Position numbers and translations under genes: made by a program. 64,000 bases of DNA from Candidatus Omnitrophota bacterium (GTDB taxonomy: Bacteria > Omnitrophota > Omnitrophia > Omnitrophales > Aquincolibacteriaceae): contig JAKLFP010000008.1 of NCBI GenBank assembly GCA_022711115.1, forward strand, positions 6,617 to 70,616, read 5' to 3'. Shown piece by piece: positions 49,603 through 58,363 of this stretch. The stretch's first letter is position 1. The number at the start of each line of letters is the position of its first letter. Under the pieces are notes generated by a model that saw only the letters and a list, made by a program, of their open reading frames with translations, was not told the DNA's origin and searched no databases.

Positions 49603-50640
49603 TTGAATTGCAGATTGTCATTGAAAAGAAGCAGGCTGCAGGTCATCAGCAGTCTGCTTTTTTTTTATTTCTTCTTTTCCGGTTTTTCCCTTTCTTCTTC
49701 CAAGAACGAGGGGCGTTCTTATCCTTTACCGGGGAATTTTGAGGATATTTGGAACGCTACGATTGCCACGCTTGAAGCAGAAAAAATCCCTCTCGCAAAA
49801 GTTGACAAGGCAAATGGTTATATTCAGTCCGCGACATTTCCGCTTTATAAGAAGGAATACAAAAATTGGGCCAAGGCGCCCACTTTTTCTTCAGCGGGAT
49901 TTTGTGCGATTGAAGTTGGAGTTGTGGAAAAGGATCCTTCCATGACGGTGTTGGGCCTGAAAGCCTATTTTAAACGAAAGGTGGGTTATCATTTGACGGG
50001 TTTCGGGAAAAGGGATTCTTCGAGAGGTGTTTTTGAAGGGCGATTGGCTCATCGTATTCACAAACGTCTTGTGGAATCAAAATTCCCGAAGATGAAGAGT
50101 ATCATTTTGGGCTGCGATCTCCATTTCGACGATGCAACCCTTCACTATGTGATTGTCGGAGCTGATGAGCATCAGTTGGCGTATGAGCAGGGATTGAGGA
50201 ACGGGGATGTCCTTTTGAAAATTGACGACGAGACGATTACTCCCGGGAATCTTTTTAACCATTTTATCAATATCGAGGCGGAAAGCCTTAAAAAAGTAAC
50301 GATTTTTCGTGATAAACAAGAGATAGAGCTTCCGGTGAGTGTCTTTTATTTAAACCCGGACGCCCCTCATTTTGGTTTTTACGTAGAGAGGAATTCCCGT
50401 ACCAAGAAATTCACTATTTCTCGCGTTCAAACGGGAGGTCCTGCGGAAAAAGAAGGGTTGCTGCCGGGAGATGCTCTTCTTAAGCAAAACAATATTTTGC
50501 TGGATAATTGGAAAAACTATTATCGGGTGATCCTGATGCAGAAAGGAAACGAACCGCAGACCTTTTTGATAGAACGTCGGGGGACACTTATCGAGAAAAA
50601 GATCATGCCGGTTTCTGAAGCGACAAAGGAAGTTTTGTGA
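49603..50640 (+). CDS. PDZ-domain protein (periplasmic), start uncertain
   Basis: The frame is open for 345 codons. The only upstream in-frame starts are TTG at 49603, 49615 and 49621, with no SD. The N-terminus looks like a signal peptide but coincides with the terminator hairpin. The C-terminal third has a PDZ-like segment (GLRNGDVLLKIDD ... GLLPGDALLKQNN). Confidence 0.5.
   Translation: MNCRLSLKRSRLQVISSLLFFYFFFSGFSLSSSKNEGRSYPLPGNFEDIWNATIATLEAEKIPLAKVDKANGYIQSATFPLYKKEYKNWAKAPTFSSAGFCAIEVGVVEKDPSMTVLGLKAYFKRKVGYHLTGFGKRDSSRGVFEGRLAHRIHKRLVESKFPKMKSIILGCDLHFDDATLHYVIVGADEHQLAYEQGLRNGDVLLKIDDETITPGNLFNHFINIEAESLKKVTIFRDKQEIELPVSVFYLNPDAPHFGFYVERNSRTKKFTISRVQTGGPAEKEGLLPGDALLKQNNILLDNWKNYYRVILMQKGNEPQTFLIERRGTLIEKKIMPVSEATKEVL
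49629..49667 (+). terminator. terminator-like hairpin plus T8 located 30 nt after the 49218..49598 stop, and inside the 5' end of the next predicted ORF
   Basis: AAGCAGGCTGC-aggtcatca-GCAGTCTGCTT (11-bp stem including one G-U) followed by TTTTTTTT. The same nucleotides encode the signal-peptide-like N-terminus of the 49603 ORF. Confidence 0.4.
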
Positions 50641-51086
50641 AGAACCCTCGAGTAGCCTCTCTTTTTTCAATTTTACTTCCGGGGCTCGGTCAGCTTTATC
50701 TTAAGGATTATGCCAAGGGTTGGACGCTGATTTGTATAGATATCGGTATTTTTGTGAGCCTTTGGATCAGTCATTCCTGGTTTGCGTGTGTTCTCTTGGC
50801 TGTAGTTTATCTAGGGATCATGATTCCTGCGGCAATAGATGCGTTTCAAAACGCCACAGGTCGGCCACGCGTTTTTACTGGCGAATCCATTCCTTATGTT
50901 CTTTGGATGCTTTTTGCGGTCGGTCCCTTTGCCATTCCGCTTTTATGGCAAAGTCAAAAATTCTCAAGGAGAGCCAAAAGCGGTTGGACCATCTTTGTCA
51001 TTTTGATTGCGCTATTGATGATCGCTACATTGAATTGGATGGCTTCTTTTTTGAATGCTCTGATGCAGCAGAATTCAGGGGGATGA
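50637..51086 (+). CDS. small membrane protein (149 aa), paralog-like of 49218..49598
   Basis: SLFSILLPGLGQLYL motif compared with SLFVPGWGQYL in 49218..49598. Three or four TM helices. Overlaps the PDZ gene stop by 4 nt. Confidence 0.5.
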   Translation: MKNPRVASLFSILLPGLGQLYLKDYAKGWTLICIDIGIFVSLWISHSWFACVLLAVVYLGIMIPAAIDAFQNATGRPRVFTGESIPYVLWMLFAVGPFAIPLLWQSQKFSRRAKSGWTIFVILIALLMIATLNWMASFLNALMQQNSGG

Positions 51087-51178
51087 ATCTCTGAGAATCT
51101 TAAAACGTCAGGAGAAAGCGATTGCATTCGAAGAGAACAAATATGCTACAATAAACGGGTGAATATTTAGGAGAATCC

Positions 51179-51760
51179 ATGTATTTTAAAAAACATATGC
51201 CGCGGCTTTTTTTAGTGATATTTTCTTTCAATCTATTGATGTCAGGTTGTAGTTCGCAAAGCCAATTCGTTCAGGCCCAAAAATCTACGGGAGTAATGGT
51301 TCCAGAACCTGTGACCAGGCAAGAATCCGTGGAACAGAAGCCGGCCTTGGCGCCGACAACAAACCAAACTGAGATCCCGCCGTCGGTAGCGAAACCGCTT
51401 CCAGCATGGGCTGAGAGTTGGTATCAGGGTGCTTCAGGCTATGAAAAAGCGGTGGAAGAATACAAACGAACCAATAAGCCGTTGGCGGTCTATGTCAGTG
51501 TTCGTTGGTGCCCTTACTGCCGGAAATTTGAAAATCAGATCCTTTCTTCTCCTCTTGTGATGCAATTTCTAAAGGATAAGATCAAGGTGAATATTAATCC
51601 GGAAACCAGTGAGCAGGAGAGCAATGTGGTTCGTAAGTATGGGGTCCGGGGCTTTCCAACCTTTTTCGTCCATCCGCCTCAGCCGAGTCAAACCGAACAG
51701 CTTTATACTTCTGGGACACCAGAGGAATTCGTGTCTCAGTTCGAAGACGTTATCAAGTGA
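51179..51760 (+). CDS. thioredoxin-fold lipoprotein
   Basis: Lipobox LLMSGC. WCPYCRKF CxxC active site in a thioredoxin-like context. RBS TAGGAG. Confidence 0.6.
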   Translation: MYFKKHMPRLFLVIFSFNLLMSGCSSQSQFVQAQKSTGVMVPEPVTRQESVEQKPALAPTTNQTEIPPSVAKPLPAWAESWYQGASGYEKAVEEYKRTNKPLAVYVSVRWCPYCRKFENQILSSPLVMQFLKDKIKVNINPETSEQESNVVRKYGVRGFPTFFVHPPQPSQTEQLYTSGTPEEFVSQFEDVIK

Positions 51761-52536
51761 TTCCCGCGGTTCTCACCATTGCCGGTTCCGATCCGTCGGG
51801 TGGCGCCGGCATTCAAGCTGATCTTAAAACCTTTCACCAGCGCAAAGTTTATGGCATGGCCGTGATCACTTTGCTGACGGTTCAGAACACGCAAGGCGTT
51901 CAAGCGGTTTATAGGGTGAATCCCTCGCAGATACTCCGTCAGCTTGATGCCGTGCTTCTGGATATTTCTCCTAAAGTCGCAAAGATCGGAGCGGTGGGAG
52001 ATGGAGAAGCTATTCGCAGGATCAGCCGACGGCTTCGGAAAGAAAATTTTCCACTCATTGTGGATCCTGTGATGATCAGCAAGCATGGTGCACTGCTTCT
52101 CAAAAAAAATGCGATTCCCATTGTTAAAAAGGAATTATTGCCACTGGCCACTTTGCTGACTCCGAATCTCCAAGAAGCCGAAATTTTAGCGGGTATTCGT
52201 GTTCATGATCTTGAATCCATGGAAAAAGCTGCCAAACGCATGGCGCAGATGGGGGCTCAAGCGGTTCTCGTCAAAGGGGGCCATTTGAGGGGAGAGGCGA
52301 CAGATCTTTTTTTTCAGGACGGTAGTGTTAAGATTTTTTCGGGGTCGCGCATCCGGACAAAGAATACGCACGGGACCGGATGCACTTATTCAGCAGCGAT
52401 TGCGGCGGAATTTGCAAAAGGTAAAATGCTTGCTGAAGCTGTTAGGATCGCTAAATGTTTTATCACAAAGGCTATCCGGACAGCACCGGGGTTGGGACAC
52501 GGCATGGGGCCTGTAAATCACTGGGCAGATGTCTGA
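51757..52536 (+). CDS. thiD: hydroxymethylpyrimidine/phosphomethylpyrimidine kinase
   Basis: 259 aa. VLTIAGSDPSGGAGIQADLKTF N-terminus and GTGCT(Y/L)SAAIAA C-terminal motif typical of ThiD. Confidence 0.85.
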   Translation: MIPAVLTIAGSDPSGGAGIQADLKTFHQRKVYGMAVITLLTVQNTQGVQAVYRVNPSQILRQLDAVLLDISPKVAKIGAVGDGEAIRRISRRLRKENFPLIVDPVMISKHGALLLKKNAIPIVKKELLPLATLLTPNLQEAEILAGIRVHDLESMEKAAKRMAQMGAQAVLVKGGHLRGEATDLFFQDGSVKIFSGSRIRTKNTHGTGCTYSAAIAAEFAKGKMLAEAVRIAKCFITKAIRTAPGLGHGMGPVNHWADV

Positions 52537-52570
52537 AGCGATAAACCCGTATTTTTTTAAAGTACTGTTT

Positions 52571-52597
52571 TTCAAAGCAGTCCGGTTCAGCTATAAT
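52571..52597 (+). promoter_or_regulatory. putative promoter TTCAAA-15-TATAAT upstream of the thrH-like gene
   Basis: -35-like TTCAAA 52571-52576, TATAAT 52592-52597. Lies about 48 nt before the ATG at 52645. Confidence 0.3.
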
Positions 52598-52644
52598 TTT
52601 GTTTCGAAATGGTTGTTTTTGGAACCAGATACTTGGAGGATGGC

Positions 52645-53241
52645 ATGATTTGTTGTTTGGATTTGGAAGGCGTATTGATTCCCGAGATTTGGATCAATGT
52701 AGCAAAAAAAACCAAAATCAAAGCGTTGGAGATCACGACTCGTGATGAACCCGACTATGACAAGCTCATGCGCTACCGGCTTGAGATCTTAAAGAAGCAT
52801 GGCATTAAACTTCAACATATTCAGAATGTGATCAAAAAGATGCAGCCTCTCCCGGGGGCAAAATTGTTTTTGCGCGGGCTTCAAAAAAAGTACCAAGTCA
52901 TTATTTTGTCGGACACTTACTACGAATTTGCCGGATCGATGATGGAAAAGCTTGGTTTCCCAACACTCTTTTGCAATTGGCTTGAAGTGGATGACAAAGG
53001 ATTTATTGCAAATTACCATCTTCGCCAAAAAAATGGCAAGAAACAAGCCGTTCGGGGGTTAAAGGGTTTGGGTTTTCGTGTTGTTGCGGCCGGGGATTCT
53101 TACAATGATATTTCGATGTTGCAAGCGGCTGACCGAGGAATCCTTTTCCGGCCTCCCCCAAAAATCATGCGTGAATTTCCTCAATTTCCGGTAACCCATA
53201 ACTACCAGCAGCTTTTTGCGGCATTCCACAAAAGCGTTTGA
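52645..53241 (+). CDS. thrH: ThrH-like HAD phosphatase (phosphoserine phosphatase / homoserine phosphotransferase family)
   Basis: Start moved to the ATG at 52645 (GGAGGA RBS 5 nt upstream). MICCLDLEGVLIPEIW...TRDEPDYDKLM...VIILSDTYYEF...LGFPTLFCN...VAAGDSYND...GILF closely parallels the Pseudomonas ThrH sequence as I recall it. Confidence 0.65.
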   Translation: MICCLDLEGVLIPEIWINVAKKTKIKALEITTRDEPDYDKLMRYRLEILKKHGIKLQHIQNVIKKMQPLPGAKLFLRGLQKKYQVIILSDTYYEFAGSMMEKLGFPTLFCNWLEVDDKGFIANYHLRQKNGKKQAVRGLKGLGFRVVAAGDSYNDISMLQAADRGILFRPPPKIMREFPQFPVTHNYQQLFAAFHKSV

Positions 53242-53244
53242 GCT

Positions 53245-53640
53245 TTATTCTCCGAGATTCGTCCTGATTTTTGATGCCATGGCCGCCAGTTCTTCGGCGG
53301 AAGTGTCTTTGGCCCGAGCAAAGTTCAGATCGCTTACCCCATTAATCGGAATGAGATGGACATGAGCGTGAGGGACCTCGATGCCGGCAACCATGACACC
53401 TACTTTTTTGCAAGGAACTGTTTTATGAATTGCTCGGGCGACTTTTTTTGAAAAGACGATCAGTCCTTTGAGCAGCTCATCATTCATATCAAACAGATAA
53501 TCAATCTCTTGTTTGGGAATCACGAGGGTGTGGCCGGGGTTGACAGGGCGAATATCGAGAAAGGCAAGGTATCTGTCGTTTTCAAGGATTTTGTGAGCCG
53601 GGATTTCGCCGTTGATAATACGCGTAAAAAGTGTTGGCAT
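53245..53640 (-). CDS. HIT family hydrolase
   Basis: The supplied ORF extends to 53907. The ATG at 53640 has an AAGGAGG RBS. 131 aa. HIT motif HAHVHLIP (HxHxHxx). Confidence 0.75.
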   Translation of the reverse strand: MPTLFTRIINGEIPAHKILENDRYLAFLDIRPVNPGHTLVIPKQEIDYLFDMNDELLKGLIVFSKKVARAIHKTVPCKKVGVMVAGIEVPHAHVHLIPINGVSDLNFARAKDTSAEELAAMASKIRTNLGE

Positions 53641-53772
53641 AGAAGCCTCCTTAAAGATTAGAATAAATAGAGTTTGCAGTATTTTAGCCTTTTTTTTCTG
53701 AGGGCAGTATAGTTTTTTAAGAAGGGTAGGAGACGAGAGGTGACAGGTTGCTTCTAAAAAAGGGAGGAAACT

Positions 53773-54120
53773 ATGGCGGATGAAAATAAGAACACAGTTT
53801 TTGGGATTACCGAAAATCTGGAAGCTTTGCTTTGCTATGCGTTCGGATGGGTCACAGGGCTTGTTTTCTTGCTTGTGGAGCAAAAGAATGCATTCGTGCG
53901 GTTTCACGCGCTCCAGTCGCTGGTGACATTTCTTGGACTTTTCATTGTCTCCTTTGTATCCGGGCTTATTCCGGTTCTGGGAATGTTGTTAAATATGTTG
54001 ATATTTCTGCTTGGGGTCGCACTTTGGATTATTTTAATGATCAAAGCCTATAAAGGGGAGCGGTTTAAACTTCCCGTGGTGGGAGATTTCGTCGAGCAAC
54101 AACTCGGTAAGAAGCAATAA
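53773..54120 (+). CDS. DUF4870-like small membrane protein
   Basis: 115 aa, three TM helices. LLCYAFGWVTGLVFLL...RFHALQS is typical of this family. RBS GGGAGGAA. Confidence 0.55.
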   Translation: MADENKNTVFGITENLEALLCYAFGWVTGLVFLLVEQKNAFVRFHALQSLVTFLGLFIVSFVSGLIPVLGMLLNMLIFLLGVALWIILMIKAYKGERFKLPVVGDFVEQQLGKKQ

Positions 54121-54191
54121 AGAAGATCCAAAAGCCGTCCGGTTCATTTTACGAGCGGTTTTTTTTCTTTTTTTCTTGGGTATCGTGCATC

Positions 54192-54506
54192 ATGGAATCG
54201 TTTACTTGCCAACGGTGCAATGCTTGTTGCCAACAGCCCGGTTTTGTTTATCTGGAAGAAGAGGATATCCGGCACCTCGCAGCGCATTTTGCGGTCGATA
54301 TGTATCATTTCACGGATCACTACTGTCTCTTGATTGATCGCCATGATTTAGTCCTCAAAAAAAATCAAAACGAAACCTGCCTTTTCCTGGGGCCACAGGG
54401 TTGTTCAATTTATGAGGCAAGGCCGAAACAGTGCCGGGATTTTCCAATCCATTGGAAGACAGAAAGAAGTCTGAGTTATTGCACGGCTCTGAAGGGAAAA
54501 TTTTAA
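54192..54506 (+). CDS. YkgJ-family Zn/Fe-chelating CxxCxxCC protein (UPF0153)
   Basis: CQRCNACCQ motif at the N-terminus. About 104 aa. Confidence 0.6.
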   Translation: MESFTCQRCNACCQQPGFVYLEEEDIRHLAAHFAVDMYHFTDHYCLLIDRHDLVLKKNQNETCLFLGPQGCSIYEARPKQCRDFPIHWKTERSLSYCTALKGKF

Positions 54507-55951
54507 AACGCAGGATTTTCGTCTGCCGGAACAGGAGTATCCGATGCTTCAGGTTTTGGCTCAGGCAGTTTGTAGGGCAATCGGACGATGAAAAAAGATC
54601 CTTTGCCGAGTTTGCTCTCCGCCCAGAGGTTCCCGCCGTGCATTTCGACGAATTGTTTGCTAATGGCAAGGCCGAGGCCTGTCCCCTTGATGGTTTTTGC
54701 AGTCGCACGACCGGCTTGTTCGTAAGGAGAAAAAATAACTTTTAAATTCTCCAGAGCAATACCGGGTCCCGAATCTTCTACGATGATCTTGGCACTCTCT
54801 TTTTCCTTTTCGAGGTGGATGCGGACAAATCCTTGCTGTGTGAATTTCAATGCGTTCGATAGGAGGTTGTATAAAACCTGGCGCACCTTGAGTTCATCTG
54901 CCATCACCTTTAAACTTGCCGGTTTTTCATAAAAACTCAGAAGGATCCGTTTTTGAATCGCCTCCTCGTAAAAAACTTCCAAAACCGTATTAATAACCCT
55001 CACCAGATCAATTTCCTGAGGGTTCAATTTCATTTTCTTTGATTCCATCTTTGAAAGGTCAAGGACGTCATTAATGAGATCGCGAAGATGCTGTGCGCTA
55101 CGATGGATCCGGGAAAGGAAATCCTTTTGCTTGGGGGTTGCCGGCTCGTTTTTATTTTCAATCAGAAGTTCAGAAAACCCAAGAATGGAATTCAGGGGCG
55201 CCCGAATTTCATGGCTCATACGCGCGAAATATTCCGTTTGGAGGTGGTAAGTATACTTGATTTTATCGCTTGTTTCACGGAGTTCCCAGACAAACGATTC
55301 CAATTGCTCCTCTTTTTTTGTGAGTGCGGCGGACAGGGTCCTGATAAAAAAAGCTATTAAGTAAAAAAAAGCGATATGGCGAACAATAATCGCGATTTCT
55401 TGAACCATGCTTAAATTGGGACCAAAAGAGATTGTTCGAGGTAAAATCCCAAAATGACCGGCTACAATAAATCCGGCGTAAAGAAATGAGGCGAGGGTTG
55501 CGAACTGGAACGTTAAAACGGTTGGCAGGTTGAGGGCGCAATAGACGATCGAAATGAAAAAGCAAGAACTATAGATAAAAAGATCCACGTTCCCGAGGAG
55601 ATGAAGCGCGGTGGTTTCAGTCAGAAAGTCGATAGCAACGGACGCGACGAGTGCATTGAATCCCACATTCGAATTTCGAAAAAGAATGCGATAGGGACGA
55701 TTGATGAAGACTTCGACGAAAATGACTAGATAAAGAGGCCATGGATTAATATCAAAATGACCAATTTTAATGGTCAGAGCATATAAAATAATAAGAAAAA
55801 GGATCGTAATGATGCGAAACTGATACAGGTGGTAGGCTCTCTGATAAATCTCATGAGCCGGTGTTTTGGGTGTGATTCTCATATCATGAAAACCGTCATA
55901 GGTGTTTGGATTTTTTAATGAACAATAACTTATGATAGCTGACCGTCCCAA
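54503..55951 (-). CDS. sensor histidine kinase with polytopic N-terminal membrane domain (orphan)
   Basis: HisKA (SHEIRAPLNSILGF) and HATPase (GTGLGLAISKQFVEMHGG) motifs. About six TM helices at the N-terminus. Start ambiguous (TTG at 55951 or ATG at 55882, neither with an SD). No adjacent response regulator. Confidence 0.65.
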   Translation of the reverse strand: MGRSAIISYCSLKNPNTYDGFHDMRITPKTPAHEIYQRAYHLYQFRIITILFLIILYALTIKIGHFDINPWPLYLVIFVEVFINRPYRILFRNSNVGFNALVASVAIDFLTETTALHLLGNVDLFIYSSCFFISIVYCALNLPTVLTFQFATLASFLYAGFIVAGHFGILPRTISFGPNLSMVQEIAIIVRHIAFFYLIAFFIRTLSAALTKKEEQLESFVWELRETSDKIKYTYHLQTEYFARMSHEIRAPLNSILGFSELLIENKNEPATPKQKDFLSRIHRSAQHLRDLINDVLDLSKMESKKMKLNPQEIDLVRVINTVLEVFYEEAIQKRILLSFYEKPASLKVMADELKVRQVLYNLLSNALKFTQQGFVRIHLEKEKESAKIIVEDSGPGIALENLKVIFSPYEQAGRATAKTIKGTGLGLAISKQFVEMHGGNLWAESKLGKGSFFIVRLPYKLPEPKPEASDTPVPADENPAF

Positions 55952-56063
55952 AAAGGAAAGCTAATTTTTAGAATAATCGTTATAGAGAGTTATATTGCGG
56001 AGGTGCAGGTAGCCTGCTAAAATACAAAATAATCTTTGCACTCAAAATATTGAGAAGGGCAAT

Positions 56064-57173
56064 ATGGAAAAAGTGGCTTATTTGAAATTATGTCTTGAAA
56101 AGGTTATTGAGCAAAAGGGGCAAGATGTTTTTTTGAAAGCCGGTGTCGAACCTCGCATGCGCATTGGAAGCCAAGTGACGTCCCTTCCTCTGAGGGCGAT
56201 AAGTGAAACGGATCTTTTTGAACTGGCGAGTGAATTGCTTACCGCCTCCCAAAAAAAGTTGTTGGAAGCGAACAAAAGCGTGGATTTTGGTTACTCTTTT
56301 CACGAAAAAGATTGCCGGTTTCGCGGGAATGCCTTTTACCAACAAGGCTGTTTGTCCATGGTATTTCGGCTTCTGTGGAAGGGGATCCCCACTTTCGAGG
56401 AACTTCATCTCCCCCCGATTTTGAGAAAAGTTGCTCTTGAGAAATCGGGCATTATTTTGATCGGGGGCGCGGTTTCTTCAGGTAAAACCACGACTGTGGC
56501 CGCCATGGTCCGTGCCATGAATGAAAGTGTTCATAAACATATCATTTCTATTGAAGATCCGGTGGAGTTTTTACATGCCGATCAGAAATGCCTTATTCAG
56601 CAGCGTGAGATCGGACAGGACACCGAAAGTTTTCATTCTGCCTTAAAGTATGTGGTCCGCCAATCTCCCGATGTTGTGGTAATCGGAGAAATGCGAGATA
56701 CGGAATCCTTCCAGTTCGCATTAGCGGCTGCGGAGGTAGGACGACTTGTCATCTCGACCATTCATGCGCAATCGGTTACCCAGGTATTTGACCGTATTCT
56801 CGGTTTTTTCAGACGTGAAGGAGAACGCGAAGGGATCCTCCGTCATTTTTCGGCGAACATGCTTTGTCTTGCTGTGCAAAAACTTCTTGTCACTAAAAAT
56901 GAAAAAGGCTTAGTGCCGGCGGTTGAAATTCTTATAGGAAATTACACGACGAGACAGCTTGTTCAAGAGCATAAGATTGATAAACTTCCGCAGGCCATTC
57001 GGAATGCTCACCAGGAAGGCATGCAAACCATGGATCAATCGCTTTTGAAGCTTTGGGAAGCTCAATTTATTACTAAAGAGGCTGGTATTGATGCCAGTAC
57101 CTCACCTCAGGAGTTAGAGTCGCTGATGAAGGGAATCCGGATAGGGCAGGAGACAAAAATCTTAGGAACTTAG
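56064..57173 (+). CDS. pilT: type IV pilus retraction ATPase PilT-family protein
   Basis: 369 aa. IISIEDPVEF, QREIGQDT, VVVIGEMRD, AAAEVGRLVISTIH match PilT/PilU motifs. Walker A is atypical (GAVSSGKTT instead of GPTGSGKST). Confidence 0.75.
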   Translation: MEKVAYLKLCLEKVIEQKGQDVFLKAGVEPRMRIGSQVTSLPLRAISETDLFELASELLTASQKKLLEANKSVDFGYSFHEKDCRFRGNAFYQQGCLSMVFRLLWKGIPTFEELHLPPILRKVALEKSGIILIGGAVSSGKTTTVAAMVRAMNESVHKHIISIEDPVEFLHADQKCLIQQREIGQDTESFHSALKYVVRQSPDVVVIGEMRDTESFQFALAAAEVGRLVISTIHAQSVTQVFDRILGFFRREGEREGILRHFSANMLCLAVQKLLVTKNEKGLVPAVEILIGNYTTRQLVQEHKIDKLPQAIRNAHQEGMQTMDQSLLKLWEAQFITKEAGIDASTSPQELESLMKGIRIGQETKILGT

Positions 57174-57186
57174 AAGATTCAAGTCT

Positions 57187-58239
57187 TTAAGTGTATTTTT
57201 CGCGGTAAATTTTGATCAACGCAAAAAAGAGCGAAAGAACAACCGGTGCCAAAAAAATACCCATCAAACCATAGAGTTTCATCCCACCCATGATCCCGAA
57301 AAACAAAAGAAAATAAGGGAGTTTTGTTTTTTCTCCGATAATTGCCGGTTTGATGATGTTGTCCAGAAGACTGATGCCAAAGAAGCCTACCACAAACAGA
57401 ATGATCGCTTTTACGAACATTTGCGTGACCAAAAGATAGACCGCGATCGGAAACCACACGCTGGCCGCACCAAGCACCGGAATAAGTGAGGTCAGAAAGA
57501 TCAAAAAAGTGAAAAAAAGCGGGACGGGAACTCCCAGCGATGTGAACAAAATTCCCGCCACAGTAGCCTGTACGATACTCGTTAACAACTGCCCGCGAAT
57601 GACCGCGGCAAATGTCTCATCGATCTGTTTAAAAAGCGCCTTTTTAGTCTCTTTTTCAAAGGGTGCGATCTCAAAAATGAAATTATAGATTTTTGCTCCA
57701 TGTTTGAAAAAGATAAAAGTCAGAAAGCACATGAAAAAAATATTCAGGAAAATAAAGAAAATATTCTTGGTGAAAGTAGCGGCTTGGCTCGCTGCAAGGT
57801 TCCCGATCGTTTTGGTGGTCCCAAGAAGCCACGAGGAAAGACTGTCTTTTACGGGCTGGGATGCAAAAATGTGAGTTTGTGCATTCTGAATCCAAGGGAG
57901 TTTCCGGATCTGTTCAATCAGTTGTTCTAGTTTGCCCTCACGGACGTAGCTGTAGGTCCATTGCGTGAATTCGATAATCTGGGTGGTCATATTGATAAGG
58001 ATGAAGATGAGCGGGGGAATTACGATGAGAAACACCGCGATCGTCATTAGGAAGGCGATGGAATTATTCCGTTTTGGAAATGTTTTTTGCAATTTTGAAT
58101 AAATCGGATAGAACGCGAACGTAAGAATAGCCGCCCAAAAAATGGCCGTAAAAAAGGGCGCAAAGATGCAAAAAATCTCGTAAATGATAAAAGCCAAAAT
58201 GCCTATGAAGAAAAAAGAAATAAATTGTTCGCGTCGCAT
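57187..58239 (-). CDS. AI-2E family transporter (PerM/YhhT-like)
   Basis: 350 aa, about eight TM helices. Typical AI-2E organisation. Convergent with pilT. Confidence 0.7.
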   Translation of the reverse strand: MRREQFISFFFIGILAFIIYEIFCIFAPFFTAIFWAAILTFAFYPIYSKLQKTFPKRNNSIAFLMTIAVFLIVIPPLIFILINMTTQIIEFTQWTYSYVREGKLEQLIEQIRKLPWIQNAQTHIFASQPVKDSLSSWLLGTTKTIGNLAASQAATFTKNIFFIFLNIFFMCFLTFIFFKHGAKIYNFIFEIAPFEKETKKALFKQIDETFAAVIRGQLLTSIVQATVAGILFTSLGVPVPLFFTFLIFLTSLIPVLGAASVWFPIAVYLLVTQMFVKAIILFVVGFFGISLLDNIIKPAIIGEKTKLPYFLLFFGIMGGMKLYGLMGIFLAPVVLSLFFALIKIYREKYT

Positions 58240-58363
58240 GATTTTAGTCTAAATCCTTCTCAATTCCAGAGGATCTGAAATAGGGACAATTCTTGTTAAC
58301 CATAAAAGAAAAAAACAAGCAAGGATAGTCTATCCATTTCCCTTTGTTTGGCAAGGAGAAGCG

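Noticed and set aside
53641-53907. N-terminal extension of the HIT ORF to 220 aa
   Set aside because: A HIT domain is about 110-140 aa. The internal ATG at 53640 has a perfect AAGGAGG RBS. The extension has no HIT features.
54121-54191. T-rich region (TTTTTTTTCTTTTTTTC) after DUF4870 as an intrinsic terminator
   Set aside because: I could not find a convincing GC-rich stem preceding the T-run, only 3-4 bp complementarity.
58322-58336. GGATA-gtc-TATCC hairpin plus T-rich run downstream of hldD on the - strand as a terminator
   Set aside because: The stem is only 5 bp with a 3-nt loop, too weak to call. It is mentioned only as a possible weak termination signal.
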